DNA from: an uncultured virus (IMG/VR IMGVR_UViG_3300032562_000011)
Lineage: Duplodnaviria > Heunggongvirae > Uroviricota > Caudoviricetes
Reading direction: 5' to 3' (one strand)
DNA: 64,000 bases
Virus record (IMG/VR): IMGVR_UViG_3300032562_000011
Positions 52,389 to 62,278 of this stretch are shown here, one piece after another; position 1 is the stretch's first letter, and every line of letters starts with the position of its first letter. The notes under the pieces are model-generated. The model did no database searches. It was not told the DNA's origin and saw only the letters and a program-made list of their open reading frames with translations. Position numbers and translations under genes: made by a program.

Positions 52389-53721
52389 TTATTTAAAAGT
52401 AACTTTTCCTAACACTACGCTATCACCAAGCAGTGTGCTCTCTTTTAATTACTACCAAAACCGTTACAAGCATGAGGTTGCGGTCATAAAATTTAGAGAT
52501 TGGAACGTTGAGTACTCTGTAATTTCTTCGGGTTCTCCTGTGCAATTTCAGATGTTTCATGGAGTTACCGCTGGGGCAGTAAAAACATTTTATGGATATG
52601 TCCACCACGTTTCACCTACCAGAACACCTGGCCAAAACATAACCGAAGTAACAGTAATCGGAGCCTCGTGGGTTATGAAAAATGAAAGCCAACATATTTA
52701 TAAAGGACTATCAGCTGACGCTATAGTTACCCAAATGGCAAAAAAGTATAAGTTTGCCTCTTTTACTGTGAGTCACCCTCGCGTGTTCCCTCAGGTGTCT
52801 CAAGCGGGACACACAGACTGGGGTCTGTTAGTTCGTCTAGCTAAACAATGCGGCTACAGCCTACGTACAGAAAACACTGAGATTTACTTTCAGCCTATGT
52901 TGTATGAGTATACAAATTATCGTTCTCAAGCGCCTCGCTTTATTATGCGTGAGTCTAATAACCCTGGCGGTTCTACTATCTACAACTTTAAACCAATGAT
53001 TGGCGAATCTATACCGTACGAACAGGAAACTAAAGCGGCTACCGCTGTGTCTGGTATAGATAGACCCTCTATAAATGGTTTATCTCTTACGCAACCTACA
53101 AGAAATAAGAAAACTAGAAGCTCTTCTAGTTTAGAATTTTTTGATAAGTATGAGACTTCAATCGTCGCTAACAATGCCGATACTGCTAAGCACGAAGCTA
53201 AAGCGGCCGAAGACCGAGCCTCTTTCCCGTACCGCGCTACAGTTGAAGTTAAAGGAGACCCTTTACTTCGACCAGATATGCCTGTATACCTACAGGGAGT
53301 TGGAGCTCAATACGAGGGCTATTGGACAATCTTAGGCACAGAGCACAAGATTTACGAAAAAGAGCGCAATAACCAGATATACACAACAATTTTAACTGTG
53401 GGTAGCGACTCTTTAGGTGCGGCGGTTACTTGGACAGATAATCAGACTATTACTCAACCCGCGGCTACTCCTACTAGAACTATTATTCCAGGAGTAACGC
53501 AAACGGTTATTACCCCCAAGAGCACTTTAATAAACACAACCCCATACAACCTTCCTCAGAAAAAGGGAACATTTGGGACACTTAATAATAGAACTGGCGA
53601 CTCTATATCTAGTCCTACTTGGATTTCACAGACCGTTACGCTTAACCCTATCTTGACAGTGCCTGGAAGCTCCTCTCCTACGCGCAGCACCGCCCAAGCC
53701 TCTATTGGAACGATAAAGTGA
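52381..53721 (+). CDS. baseplate hub protein (P2 gpD-like)
   Basis: FYGYV; Q...TDW.LL.RLA; GDP.LRP; Y.G.W. Confidence 0.8.
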   Translation: MFNYLKVTFPNTTLSPSSVLSFNYYQNRYKHEVAVIKFRDWNVEYSVISSGSPVQFQMFHGVTAGAVKTFYGYVHHVSPTRTPGQNITEVTVIGASWVMKNESQHIYKGLSADAIVTQMAKKYKFASFTVSHPRVFPQVSQAGHTDWGLLVRLAKQCGYSLRTENTEIYFQPMLYEYTNYRSQAPRFIMRESNNPGGSTIYNFKPMIGESIPYEQETKAATAVSGIDRPSINGLSLTQPTRNKKTRSSSSLEFFDKYETSIVANNADTAKHEAKAAEDRASFPYRATVEVKGDPLLRPDMPVYLQGVGAQYEGYWTILGTEHKIYEKERNNQIYTTILTVGSDSLGAAVTWTDNQTITQPAATPTRTIIPGVTQTVITPKSTLINTTPYNLPQKKGTFGTLNNRTGDSISSPTWISQTVTLNPILTVPGSSSPTRSTAQASIGTIK

Positions 53722-54077
53722 TGAACGACGAATACGATAAAAGATTTTATGGAATTTACGAAGGCGTCTGCACTAATAATGCTGACCCAGACGGTAAATA
53801 TAAAATTAAACTTATTGTTCCGCAGGTGCTGGGCAATAATGAAACAGACTGGGCTGTTCCTTGCCTTCCTGTGGTAGTAGACGCTGACCATGGAACCTCT
53901 GGCGGCCTGACCACCACTACAAGTTCCGTTAATGATGGGGGCACTGGTTCTTCATCACACAGCCATACAGTGACGTTGACCACACATCAAAAAGTACCAA
54001 ACCTTAATCAAAAGGTTTGGGTTATGTTCATTGCTGGAGACCCTAATTTTCCAGTCTGGATGGGAGTTGAACTATGA
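53718..54077 (+). CDS. baseplate spike (gp5/gpV OB-fold)
   Basis: GIYEGV...DPD...IK..VP; VWVMF.AGDP.FPVW.G; HSH tip motif. Confidence 0.85.
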   Translation: MMNDEYDKRFYGIYEGVCTNNADPDGKYKIKLIVPQVLGNNETDWAVPCLPVVVDADHGTSGGLTTTTSSVNDGGTGSSSHSHTVTLTTHQKVPNLNQKVWVMFIAGDPNFPVWMGVEL

Positions 54078-54487
54078 GTTCTGACAGCGCTATAACTCTT
54101 CCTTTTTCTTTTAATAGCTCTGGGGGTATTAGCTATACGACCGATATTCGTAAAATCTGGCAAGACCGAGTGACCTTAGTAGTTATGTCGCTAGTAGGGG
54201 AGCGGGTTATGCGACCAAATTTTGGGACAAATACGCGAGGTGCTGACTTTGAAAACACATCTAATGCTTTGTCTTTAATACAGTCCGAAATTGCCGCTGG
54301 GTTTTCAACCTGGCTACCTAATCTAACTCTTTTAGAGGTTACTGGGGCCGTAGACCCTGTAGATAACTCATTAAATATAAACGTAAGCTACCAATATGGG
54401 TTAGGTACTACCGACTCCGTGGTCTTGCGTAATGCTATCCTTGACTCTACAGGCTCAATACTTTCGGAGGCTCCAATAAATGGCTAG
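54074..54487 (+). CDS. baseplate wedge protein gp25/gpW
   Basis: LPF; GERVMRPNFG. Confidence 0.9.
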   Translation: MSSDSAITLPFSFNSSGGISYTTDIRKIWQDRVTLVVMSLVGERVMRPNFGTNTRGADFENTSNALSLIQSEIAAGFSTWLPNLTLLEVTGAVDPVDNSLNINVSYQYGLGTTDSVVLRNAILDSTGSILSEAPING

Positions 54488-56228
54488 TTATGTTCCATCG
54501 GTAGACTATACCTCTAGAGACTACTCTGCCATTTTGTCAGATATGACTAGTCTTATCCCTAACTTTACGTCCAACTGGACTAACCGCGACCCCGCTGATT
54601 TTGGCGTGGTGTTGTTGGAGCTTTTTGCTTACATGGGAGACCTATTAAGCTATTACATTGACCGCGCTGCCAACGAAGCAATGATTACTACTGCTACTCA
54701 AAGACAAAGCCTTTTGGATATCTCCACAATGCTTGGTTACGTCCCAACGCTGGCTACACCAGCGACGGCATTAGTGACGTTTACTAACACTAGCGCTAGC
54801 GCTATAACTGTTCCAGCATTAACTCAAGTGGCGACATCCTTAATTGCAAATTCTACGACGTCTCAAGTAGTTTATGAAGTTACCTCTGCGGTAACAGTCC
54901 CTGCTCAAGTGGGGTCAACTGCTGGAACCGTAAGAACCTCAGTAACTCAAGGCGTAACTGTTTCTAACGAAAGCGTTGGAATTTCCAATGGATATCCTTC
55001 ACAAGTTTATCAATTAGCTAACACTTCTGTTATCAATAATAGCACTGTCGTAGTTATTAACGGCGTAACTTACGCTCAAGTTCCCTATTTGGTTGATTAT
55101 GGTAGCTATGACCCTGTTTATTCAACATACGTAGATGAAAACAATATTACCTACGTTAAATTTGGCGATGGAGTTAGCGGCTGCGTCCCACCTAATGGAG
55201 CAACCATATATGTTACCTACAGAGTAGGTGGTGGGGTACTTGGAAACGTAGCAACAGGCCTGATTAAATATATTTTAACAATGCCTGGGTTTAACGCTAT
55301 TCCAACAGGATTAAGCGCTGTCAACTCGGACGTAACTGCGGGAGATGGAGCAGCAACTGGGGGGGCGGATGCTGAATCCAATGACTCTATTCGCTATAAC
55401 GCTCCTTTAAGTATTCGTTCTATCAACCGCGCAGTTGCGGTTAATGATTACGCGTATTTAGCTACTCAAGTGCTTAACGTAGCAAAGGCTATAGCGTACG
55501 CTAGCGTTTATTCTTCTATCACTATTTACATGTTACCTTCTGGAGACCCTGGAGTATCTTCAGATAACGTTACGCCGAGCGCTACTTTTAATACGGTATC
55601 CGCAAATGTTCTTTCTTATTTAGTCAACAAAGCCCCAGGAAACACTACTATAACCGTACAACCCCCTAAATGGGTAGGCGCGTACATTAACTTAAACATT
55701 ACGGTAAATCCAACTTACAGTCAATCTGCAGTTAAAACAGCGGTTACAACCGCTATTAACAACTTATTTTTTGTGGATAACACTTACTTTAATCAAACTA
55801 TCTCTGTATCAAGTCTTTATAACGCGGTAGCGGCAGTCCCTGGTGTGGCGTATCAAAGCCTTACAAAGATGGTACGCGCAGATGCAGACCAGACCTATGT
55901 GGTTAATAACAAGCAGCTTGTATCTTCTGTGGCAACCCTAACCACGTCTACTACCCATACTTTGACCGTAGGACAAACAGTGTCGGTAACTAACGTAGAT
56001 GCCACATTCAACGGAACTTATGTAGTCACTGCGGTAACAAGTAACACGTTCTCATATGCCCTTATCGCCAGCCCTGTGAGCTCTACTCCAGTATCTGGTG
56101 GTGCAGTAACTGCGTTAACAGTTAAAGATATAGTATGCGCTGTTAGTGAAATTCCTATGATTTCCTACTCCAGTACTTTCACACTAGGAAGCTTAAATAT
56201 CACTGCTACAGGTGGTGTTACTAGCTAA
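54480..56228 (+). CDS. baseplate J / gp6-like protein
   Basis: DYTSRDY; D.G..LLELFAY; FGDG..G..P; GGADAES; RAV...DY. Confidence 0.92.
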   Translation: MASYVPSVDYTSRDYSAILSDMTSLIPNFTSNWTNRDPADFGVVLLELFAYMGDLLSYYIDRAANEAMITTATQRQSLLDISTMLGYVPTLATPATALVTFTNTSASAITVPALTQVATSLIANSTTSQVVYEVTSAVTVPAQVGSTAGTVRTSVTQGVTVSNESVGISNGYPSQVYQLANTSVINNSTVVVINGVTYAQVPYLVDYGSYDPVYSTYVDENNITYVKFGDGVSGCVPPNGATIYVTYRVGGGVLGNVATGLIKYILTMPGFNAIPTGLSAVNSDVTAGDGAATGGADAESNDSIRYNAPLSIRSINRAVAVNDYAYLATQVLNVAKAIAYASVYSSITIYMLPSGDPGVSSDNVTPSATFNTVSANVLSYLVNKAPGNTTITVQPPKWVGAYINLNITVNPTYSQSAVKTAVTTAINNLFFVDNTYFNQTISVSSLYNAVAAVPGVAYQSLTKMVRADADQTYVVNNKQLVSSVATLTTSTTHTLTVGQTVSVTNVDATFNGTYVVTAVTSNTFSYALIASPVSSTPVSGGAVTALTVKDIVCAVSEIPMISYSSTFTLGSLNITATGGVTS

Positions 56229-59071
56229 TGGCACGTTACGGAATTGATTACTACGGCCTTGGAACGTACTCAGGAAGCGCGGCTGCTACAGCATCGTACT
56301 CTGCGGGTACCTTTTTAGCGAAGCCTTATAACTATGGAGCTATACAATTAACGTGGTCTACCCCGACGGCCGCCGCAGGAACTTCTATAGCTAGCTTAGT
56401 AATCGTAAGAAATCAATACGGCTTTCCAGTTAATCCGTATGATGGTACCCAAGTCCTAGTAAGTAGTGATAACACTAACCCAACATCTTTTATAGATAGC
56501 ACAGGGCTATCTGGTGGTGGGTACTTTTACTATTCTTTATTTATCTACGTGTATACAGCGTCTACCAATTCATACGCATGGGTAAACGCGGGAACCGCTT
56601 ATGGATTTGCGGTCACCAAGGCTGGATACACAGACCGTTTGTATGGGTCTATTCCAGATATTTATAAGATTTTAGACCCGTCCTCTGCAACGGCGGACTG
56701 GAGTAACCAAGACTTATATAACTTTTTAGCTAACTTTGGCTTTCAGCTTGATTACATGCAAAACAGCATTGACCTTTTACGCCGTAGGTACAATATCGAA
56801 AAAGTAAACGGTAACCTAGTACCAACATTAATGAATCAATTTGGATTTACTTATGAAGGCTCCTTAGGTCTTCAGCAAAACCGTATTCTTCTTAGAGACG
56901 CTATTACATTAAATAAGCAAAAAGGAAGTAAACAAGGGCTTACCGCTTTTCTTAAAGACTTCACGGGCTATGCAATTCCTACGGCTTCTACAGCGCCTAA
57001 CCCAAATGTTACTGGGGTAACACTGGGTCACAATTTAATGCTGGACTACAATGACTCTTCTGCTGAAGAAGGCACAGGACACTGGGTTTCTTCAGATGGA
57101 ACTTCAGACATGGACTGGCTTGGTACATTAAACGTCACCTCCGTTTCTCTAACCTCAAATGTGGCCACACTTGTCGTTGGTCCTCATCAATATGATGTAG
57201 GAAATTACATAACAGTAACAGGACTGCCTGCCACTTTATTTAATCAGTCGGTGCCTCAAGTAATTACGTCTATTGACCAAACTAACTCTATTAGTTTTGC
57301 ATTGTCTTACGCCTCAAATGTGACCTCTACAAGCGGTTATAACTTAGCTACTAACACATACGGCCAAATACATCCTAACCCTATTCCTTGGTCAGAGCCT
57401 ACTGCCCCTAGTCTGTTTCCAAACAAGACAGGTGGAATTCTTGCGCTATACAACATGTCCGCTACCGCTCAAGCAATTTCTGCTTACTGCGGAGATTCCG
57501 ACGCTATCGGCCAAGGCATACCTGTAACTGCGGGAACTGTTTACTCTTTTAATTTTTATGTAGCAAACGGCGGGACCGCAAGAGCGGTAACCCCTGTTAT
57601 TAAGTGGTATGACCGTTTTGGTAAATACATTTCTTCTACAAGCGGAACTGCAATAACAGACACTGGGACACTGTTTTCTAGCTCGTACCGCCCTATAGTT
57701 AATGGCGTTGCTCCTACGTATGCTACAGCGCAAGCCATATCCACGTCATTAACTCAAGCGTATTACGCAGTACCTGGCTTATCTATTGCTAGCGTTGGTG
57801 GGTCAGCAACTAATGAGCACCACTACATTGATGCGGCACAATTTGAGGTGGCACCCGCGGCCACAGTAGCTGGATTAACCGTACCTATCACGGCGGCTTC
57901 TGGAAACGGAACCACGGTAACGTATACAGCGGTTAATACGTTTGTAGCTGGGGATACAGTAAACATCACGGGAATGCTCACATCATCTTTTAATTTTACA
58001 GCTGCAGTAATAACTAGTGCTACAAGCACACAGTTCACTATAGCAAGCACGTTAGCAACAGGTGTGGGCACCGTTACAGGTTCACCTGTTGCTGTTTTTG
58101 CTGGGAGTACTTTTGATGAGGCACGTCAACTTCATATCGTGCTAAAGGCTAATCGTATTAACGAGCTTATTAATCCACATTTTGCTTCTCCTTTAACTCC
58201 TTGGACGGTAACTAACGCGTCTAGCGTTGTTATTAATAGCATTGAAGAGCCTACCTCACCAGAATTTGCTGTTAGTACCACAGGAATTGCAGGGGGAGTA
58301 GCTACTGTAACGCTTTCTTCATACCATACATTTACAGTAGGTCAGTCTGTATTTTTAACTGGAATATCTGGTTCTGGGGTAACTCCTTCAAGTTTTAATG
58401 GGACTCAGACTGTGGCTTCTGTTACAAATAATACTTTTACATTTAATACGGGAGCTCCTTCTCAAGCAACAACAACAACTACGGGATTTGTGTACACCGC
58501 AGGAAACACTTTAGAGATTACAGCAACAGCGCCTAGCGTTACGGTGTCCTCTTGGGACGGGGCAACTGCTTCTCAATTAATGCCTATTTATTATCCAGGA
58601 ACGTCCTACTCGTTCAGCGTATGCGCGCAATCGCTATCCACCGCAGAAAACGTTCAGTTAGCTATACAGTGGTACAACTCTTCTAAAACATTGATAGGCA
58701 CCTCTCTTGGAGTATCAACCGCTCTAAGTATTGGTAACTGGGTTCGCCCTTACGTCACGGACACGGCCCCAACAACAGCCGCTTACGCTGTAGTTCAACT
58801 TTTATGGAGCACAACCACAGGACACTTCATCGCTATTGATGAGGCTCTGTTCGAGAATAATGGATTGGTCTTACCATACTTTGATGGCTCTAATGGACAA
58901 GGGCTACTCCCTTATGACTTTATGTGGGAAGGCAACGTGGTCAATGGAGCACGAAGCCATTTCTACAAGAATCGTTACAGCGTACAAACGCGTCTACTAG
59001 GTACCAATATCACTAACCAGATTAATGCGGGGTCTACGGTAGCGTTTTACCTAGCACAGCCACAAACGTAG
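56228..59071 (+). CDS. baseplate wedge protein (gpI/gp7-like) with inserted binding domains
   Basis: IP..Y..LD; L..FL; KGSKQGL; three beta-sandwich inserts and CBM-like segments. Confidence 0.75.
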   Translation: MARYGIDYYGLGTYSGSAAATASYSAGTFLAKPYNYGAIQLTWSTPTAAAGTSIASLVIVRNQYGFPVNPYDGTQVLVSSDNTNPTSFIDSTGLSGGGYFYYSLFIYVYTASTNSYAWVNAGTAYGFAVTKAGYTDRLYGSIPDIYKILDPSSATADWSNQDLYNFLANFGFQLDYMQNSIDLLRRRYNIEKVNGNLVPTLMNQFGFTYEGSLGLQQNRILLRDAITLNKQKGSKQGLTAFLKDFTGYAIPTASTAPNPNVTGVTLGHNLMLDYNDSSAEEGTGHWVSSDGTSDMDWLGTLNVTSVSLTSNVATLVVGPHQYDVGNYITVTGLPATLFNQSVPQVITSIDQTNSISFALSYASNVTSTSGYNLATNTYGQIHPNPIPWSEPTAPSLFPNKTGGILALYNMSATAQAISAYCGDSDAIGQGIPVTAGTVYSFNFYVANGGTARAVTPVIKWYDRFGKYISSTSGTAITDTGTLFSSSYRPIVNGVAPTYATAQAISTSLTQAYYAVPGLSIASVGGSATNEHHYIDAAQFEVAPAATVAGLTVPITAASGNGTTVTYTAVNTFVAGDTVNITGMLTSSFNFTAAVITSATSTQFTIASTLATGVGTVTGSPVAVFAGSTFDEARQLHIVLKANRINELINPHFASPLTPWTVTNASSVVINSIEEPTSPEFAVSTTGIAGGVATVTLSSYHTFTVGQSVFLTGISGSGVTPSSFNGTQTVASVTNNTFTFNTGAPSQATTTTTGFVYTAGNTLEITATAPSVTVSSWDGATASQLMPIYYPGTSYSFSVCAQSLSTAENVQLAIQWYNSSKTLIGTSLGVSTALSIGNWVRPYVTDTAPTTAAYAVVQLLWSTTTGHFIAIDEALFENNGLVLPYFDGSNGQGLLPYDFMWEGNVVNGARSHFYKNRYSVQTRLLGTNITNQINAGSTVAFYLAQPQT

Positions 59072-59083
59072 TAAGATACAAGC

Positions 59084-59362
59084 ATGCTTAATTTAATGTT
59101 GATTAGCCTGTCCACTGCATTCTTGTTAGCTCTATTCTCAGGAGTTTCTCAGCTTCTGTCTATGTTCGTTAATCCTGTGCTTGTTAACACTAGCTTTGTA
59201 TTAGTGTTTAGCATTGCAACAAGTTTTCTTGTCACGGTCCCAGGGTGGAGAGCGCACATTGTTTACATAATGGCTGGGGCGTTTCTAGGAAGAACTTTCC
59301 TCACTATTGCGGAAAAAACGGCGAATTTTCACGCGACTATAGTCAGAAATACACAAGTCTAA
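59084..59362 (+). CDS. membrane protein (leaderless)
   Basis: three hydrophobic helices; TAAGAT-N6-ATG. Confidence 0.65.
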   Translation: MLNLMLISLSTAFLLALFSGVSQLLSMFVNPVLVNTSFVLVFSIATSFLVTVPGWRAHIVYIMAGAFLGRTFLTIAEKTANFHATIVRNTQV

Positions 59363-59402
59363 AATCCTGTGTTAGTCTTCTCCTCCCCTAACAGGAGGTC
59401 CA

Positions 59403-60062
59403 ATGGACAAGCACTATGTATTAATAACAGGTAGAGGTACCACAAGTCGGGCAAATGTCGAAGCCCTTCTAGAAGACTATATCTACGCAGCAAAAGATGA
59501 ACTTGTATTCGTACTTGAGTACGAAAAGTCACCGAGCCAAGGGCAAGTGTTCATTGCTCAACTAGCAAGGGGTAAAGGCAAGGACATAATTGTCTTTGCT
59601 CACCCTGACGCTAAGTTTGACGGTTTGACAACAGGGTTCACTTTCAACCCCGTCATTGATACTTTTACTGAGGCAGTAGCCTTTGTAAAGGGCGAGAAAG
59701 CCACAGCCATATTTATCTGGGACGACGAAGATGAATCCCAGCCCCCGCGAGTCCGTTTACTAAAAGACGCGGGGATTAAAAGTCAAGATATCACTCAAGG
59801 CCTAATGTTGATTAAGGTAGCCGATGGTAGCCTTAGCGCGCCCGAACCAGTTGAAATCCCTGAAGCCGAGCAGGTCGAAGAAGAGCCCCTTGAGGATGAT
59901 GATTTTGAAGAGGCCGAAGAGGTTGAGGACGACGAAGAGGAACCTGACCTAGAGGATGATATCTACTATGGGATTCAGGCTTTCATTAAGGCTATCGCCA
60001 AGGCGGTCGTAGCCGAGCTCCAGAGTGCCCCAGAAACGCCTTCTAAGGGCGACGAGGCGTGA
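59403..60062 (+). CDS. hypothetical protein with acidic tail
   Basis: AGGAGG SD; heads the replication operon. Confidence 0.7.
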   Translation: MDKHYVLITGRGTTSRANVEALLEDYIYAAKDELVFVLEYEKSPSQGQVFIAQLARGKGKDIIVFAHPDAKFDGLTTGFTFNPVIDTFTEAVAFVKGEKATAIFIWDDEDESQPPRVRLLKDAGIKSQDITQGLMLIKVADGSLSAPEPVEIPEAEQVEEEPLEDDDFEEAEEVEDDEEEPDLEDDIYYGIQAFIKAIAKAVVAELQSAPETPSKGDEA

Positions 60063-60874
60063 TTACATCTCGCGCCCTAGGCGTCTACTACTACCTAAAG
60101 GGTTCAGGGGCTAATATAAGCGCTGAGAGCCTTTCCCGCGTTTTCCCCGAAGGGCGGAAGGTATTCCTCTCCGTCCTGAAGGAGCTCCGTGAGGTGGGTC
60201 TGATTTCGACCACCCGCGAGACGGTCAACGGCAAGTTCGTGACCGTATCCCGCTTAACCGATGGGAGTCCCAAAACGGAACTCCTGTTACAGCAGTATGA
60301 GCAGAATAGCAATTTAATACTAAATGCTTATTCACTTAAATCATTAGAAAGAGTTCACGGCGGAGCCGTGAAAGGAGCAAACGTGGAAGATTATTCTCTT
60401 GGAAGATACGAAGTTGACGAGGATGACCGTCAAGAGCAAATCCGCAAAGCCCGTAAGAAGACTCAAGACGATTACGCAGAACTCAAGACTGCTGAAGCCA
60501 CCCGTAAGAGCGAGGCTAAGTCCGCTCAGGCTCCCATAGATTGGAGCACGGATGCCTCGGTTTATGAATTCGCTGACCGCATGGGTCATATGTGGAACGT
60601 TCAACCTTGGACTACGGCTCGTACTCGGTTCAAGGGCGCTTTTGCTAAGTGCCGCAAAATCCACAGCACCAACGGCGAGATTGAACTCAAGATGATGGAC
60701 CGCTTCTTTGCAGGCCTTGAGCACCAGAAACACATCAACGACCCAGAAGTTATTTGGAAGATGTTTATTAAAAACTACGCTAGCATCCTGCTTGATGTTG
60801 AGCGCAGTACTGTGACCCAAGAAGATATAGCCGTTGCTGAGGACATCTCCGCGCGACAGATGGAGAGGTTCTAA
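60059..60874 (+). CDS. replication initiator-like protein (N-terminal winged HTH)
   Basis: ALGVY..L; L...F.EG......LKEL...G; directly upstream of DnaC-like gene. Confidence 0.7.
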   Translation: MITSRALGVYYYLKGSGANISAESLSRVFPEGRKVFLSVLKELREVGLISTTRETVNGKFVTVSRLTDGSPKTELLLQQYEQNSNLILNAYSLKSLERVHGGAVKGANVEDYSLGRYEVDEDDRQEQIRKARKKTQDDYAELKTAEATRKSEAKSAQAPIDWSTDASVYEFADRMGHMWNVQPWTTARTRFKGAFAKCRKIHSTNGEIELKMMDRFFAGLEHQKHINDPEVIWKMFIKNYASILLDVERSTVTQEDIAVAEDISARQMERF

Positions 60875-61560
60875 TGTTTAAACTTACCGACTTGAAGTTA
60901 CGTCGTCGTACTTGGATTAAGCTTGCCAATATCCCAGAGAAGCGCATTGGTTGGACCTTGGCTGACTGCACTGAGGTAGCCACGGATAAGATGCAGATGA
61001 TTAACCGCTGGTACAAAGCGGTTAAGGACCACGAAGTAATCCGCGCTACTGGTAACACTCGTTGCGGTAAAGGTTTACTACTATGGGGAGAGCCAGGGCA
61101 CGGTAAGACCACTCTTGCTTTGTCTATAGTTCAGGAAATGCTTACTACGTTTTCTCTTGAAGACTTTGACGCTAAAGACGGGGCTGCCCTAATCCGCCCA
61201 TGTTATTTTGCTACCTTCAACGACATTCTTGCACTCAAGGGAATGACCATGGAGAACTCTGCTACTGAAGACCAAGAGGTCTTATTTCAGGGGATTTTGG
61301 GGGAGTGCTCAAATGATGCGTATAACATCCGAGTCCTGATTATAGACGACTTGGGTAAGGAACACACCTCATTGTCAGGTTGGCAAAGTAGCATGTTTCA
61401 CCACATTTTACGCACACGGTTTAACAAAGGATTGCCTACCATTGTTACTACCAATATCAAGTTGGAGAACTGGGCTAGTGAGTACGGAGATGCCACAGAG
61501 AGCTTTGCTAATGAGGCCTTCGTGTACTTGCCTATTAATTCAACTGACCTACGAAAGTGA
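60874..61560 (+). CDS. DnaC/IstB-like AAA+ helicase loader
   Basis: GEPGHGKT; LIIDDLGKE; R.R....PTIVTTN. Confidence 0.88.
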   Translation: MFKLTDLKLRRRTWIKLANIPEKRIGWTLADCTEVATDKMQMINRWYKAVKDHEVIRATGNTRCGKGLLLWGEPGHGKTTLALSIVQEMLTTFSLEDFDAKDGAALIRPCYFATFNDILALKGMTMENSATEDQEVLFQGILGECSNDAYNIRVLIIDDLGKEHTSLSGWQSSMFHHILRTRFNKGLPTIVTTNIKLENWASEYGDATESFANEAFVYLPINSTDLRK

Positions 61561-61868
61561 GAGCAAACCTCGTGTCAGACATGCGTTTAGTCCAACTTTT
61601 TTTGAGCCCGTCTCAGACTGCTGGGCCAGGGATTTATGAGGTTACTAGTGACCCTAAAGGAAACCTGTATTGCACTTGCCCAGGGTTTATTGGACGCAAT
61701 TCGTGTAAGCACTCTAAATTTGTCGGTTCTCGCATTGACGATAACGACGGCCATTACCCGTTAGAGATATCTTCTCGCGCAACAGACGAAGACACAGCGA
61801 AAGCCAAAGCTTCAAATGAAGCATTCCGTGAGTTTGTTATTAAGTTTGGGAAAATAGAGGTGTACTAG
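61557..61868 (+). CDS. SWIM zinc-finger protein
   Basis: YEV...CTCPGF....CKH. Confidence 0.8.
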   Translation: MRANLVSDMRLVQLFLSPSQTAGPGIYEVTSDPKGNLYCTCPGFIGRNSCKHSKFVGSRIDDNDGHYPLEISSRATDEDTAKAKASNEAFREFVIKFGKIEVY

Positions 61869-61870
61869 CA

Positions 61871-62278
61871 ATGAGACACGGGGACATCAGTAACGAGCTC
61901 CCCAAAAGAATAATCGTGATATCAGACGTATTATTGAATGTGGAGCTCTCGGTTAAAAAACGGTACAAAGTAATACCAATAGTTTCAAAAGAAGTAACTA
62001 TCAAAAGAGAACTGCTTAGCTTTTTGTATTTGTATACAACAAAGAAAGGCGTGACTCTTGAGTTAGCCTCCTACACCTTAGACGATGAACAGTTGTCTGA
62101 GACTATGGAGTACTTAGATGAAAAGGGAACGAACCCCTTTAGATATTTCACTACATATCCATCTATACAAAGCCTTATAGACGAGCTACCATACCGCCCT
62201 GAAGTTGTTGGGGTGCTGGATGCTCCGCAAAACATATTACGATACGGACACTGGGGATTGGACTACAGCAACTTATGA
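61871..62278 (+). CDS. hypothetical protein (possibly degenerate HAD-like)
   Basis: 135 aa in replication operon. Confidence 0.6.
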   Translation: MRHGDISNELPKRIIVISDVLLNVELSVKKRYKVIPIVSKEVTIKRELLSFLYLYTTKKGVTLELASYTLDDEQLSETMEYLDEKGTNPFRYFTTYPSIQSLIDELPYRPEVVGVLDAPQNILRYGHWGLDYSNL

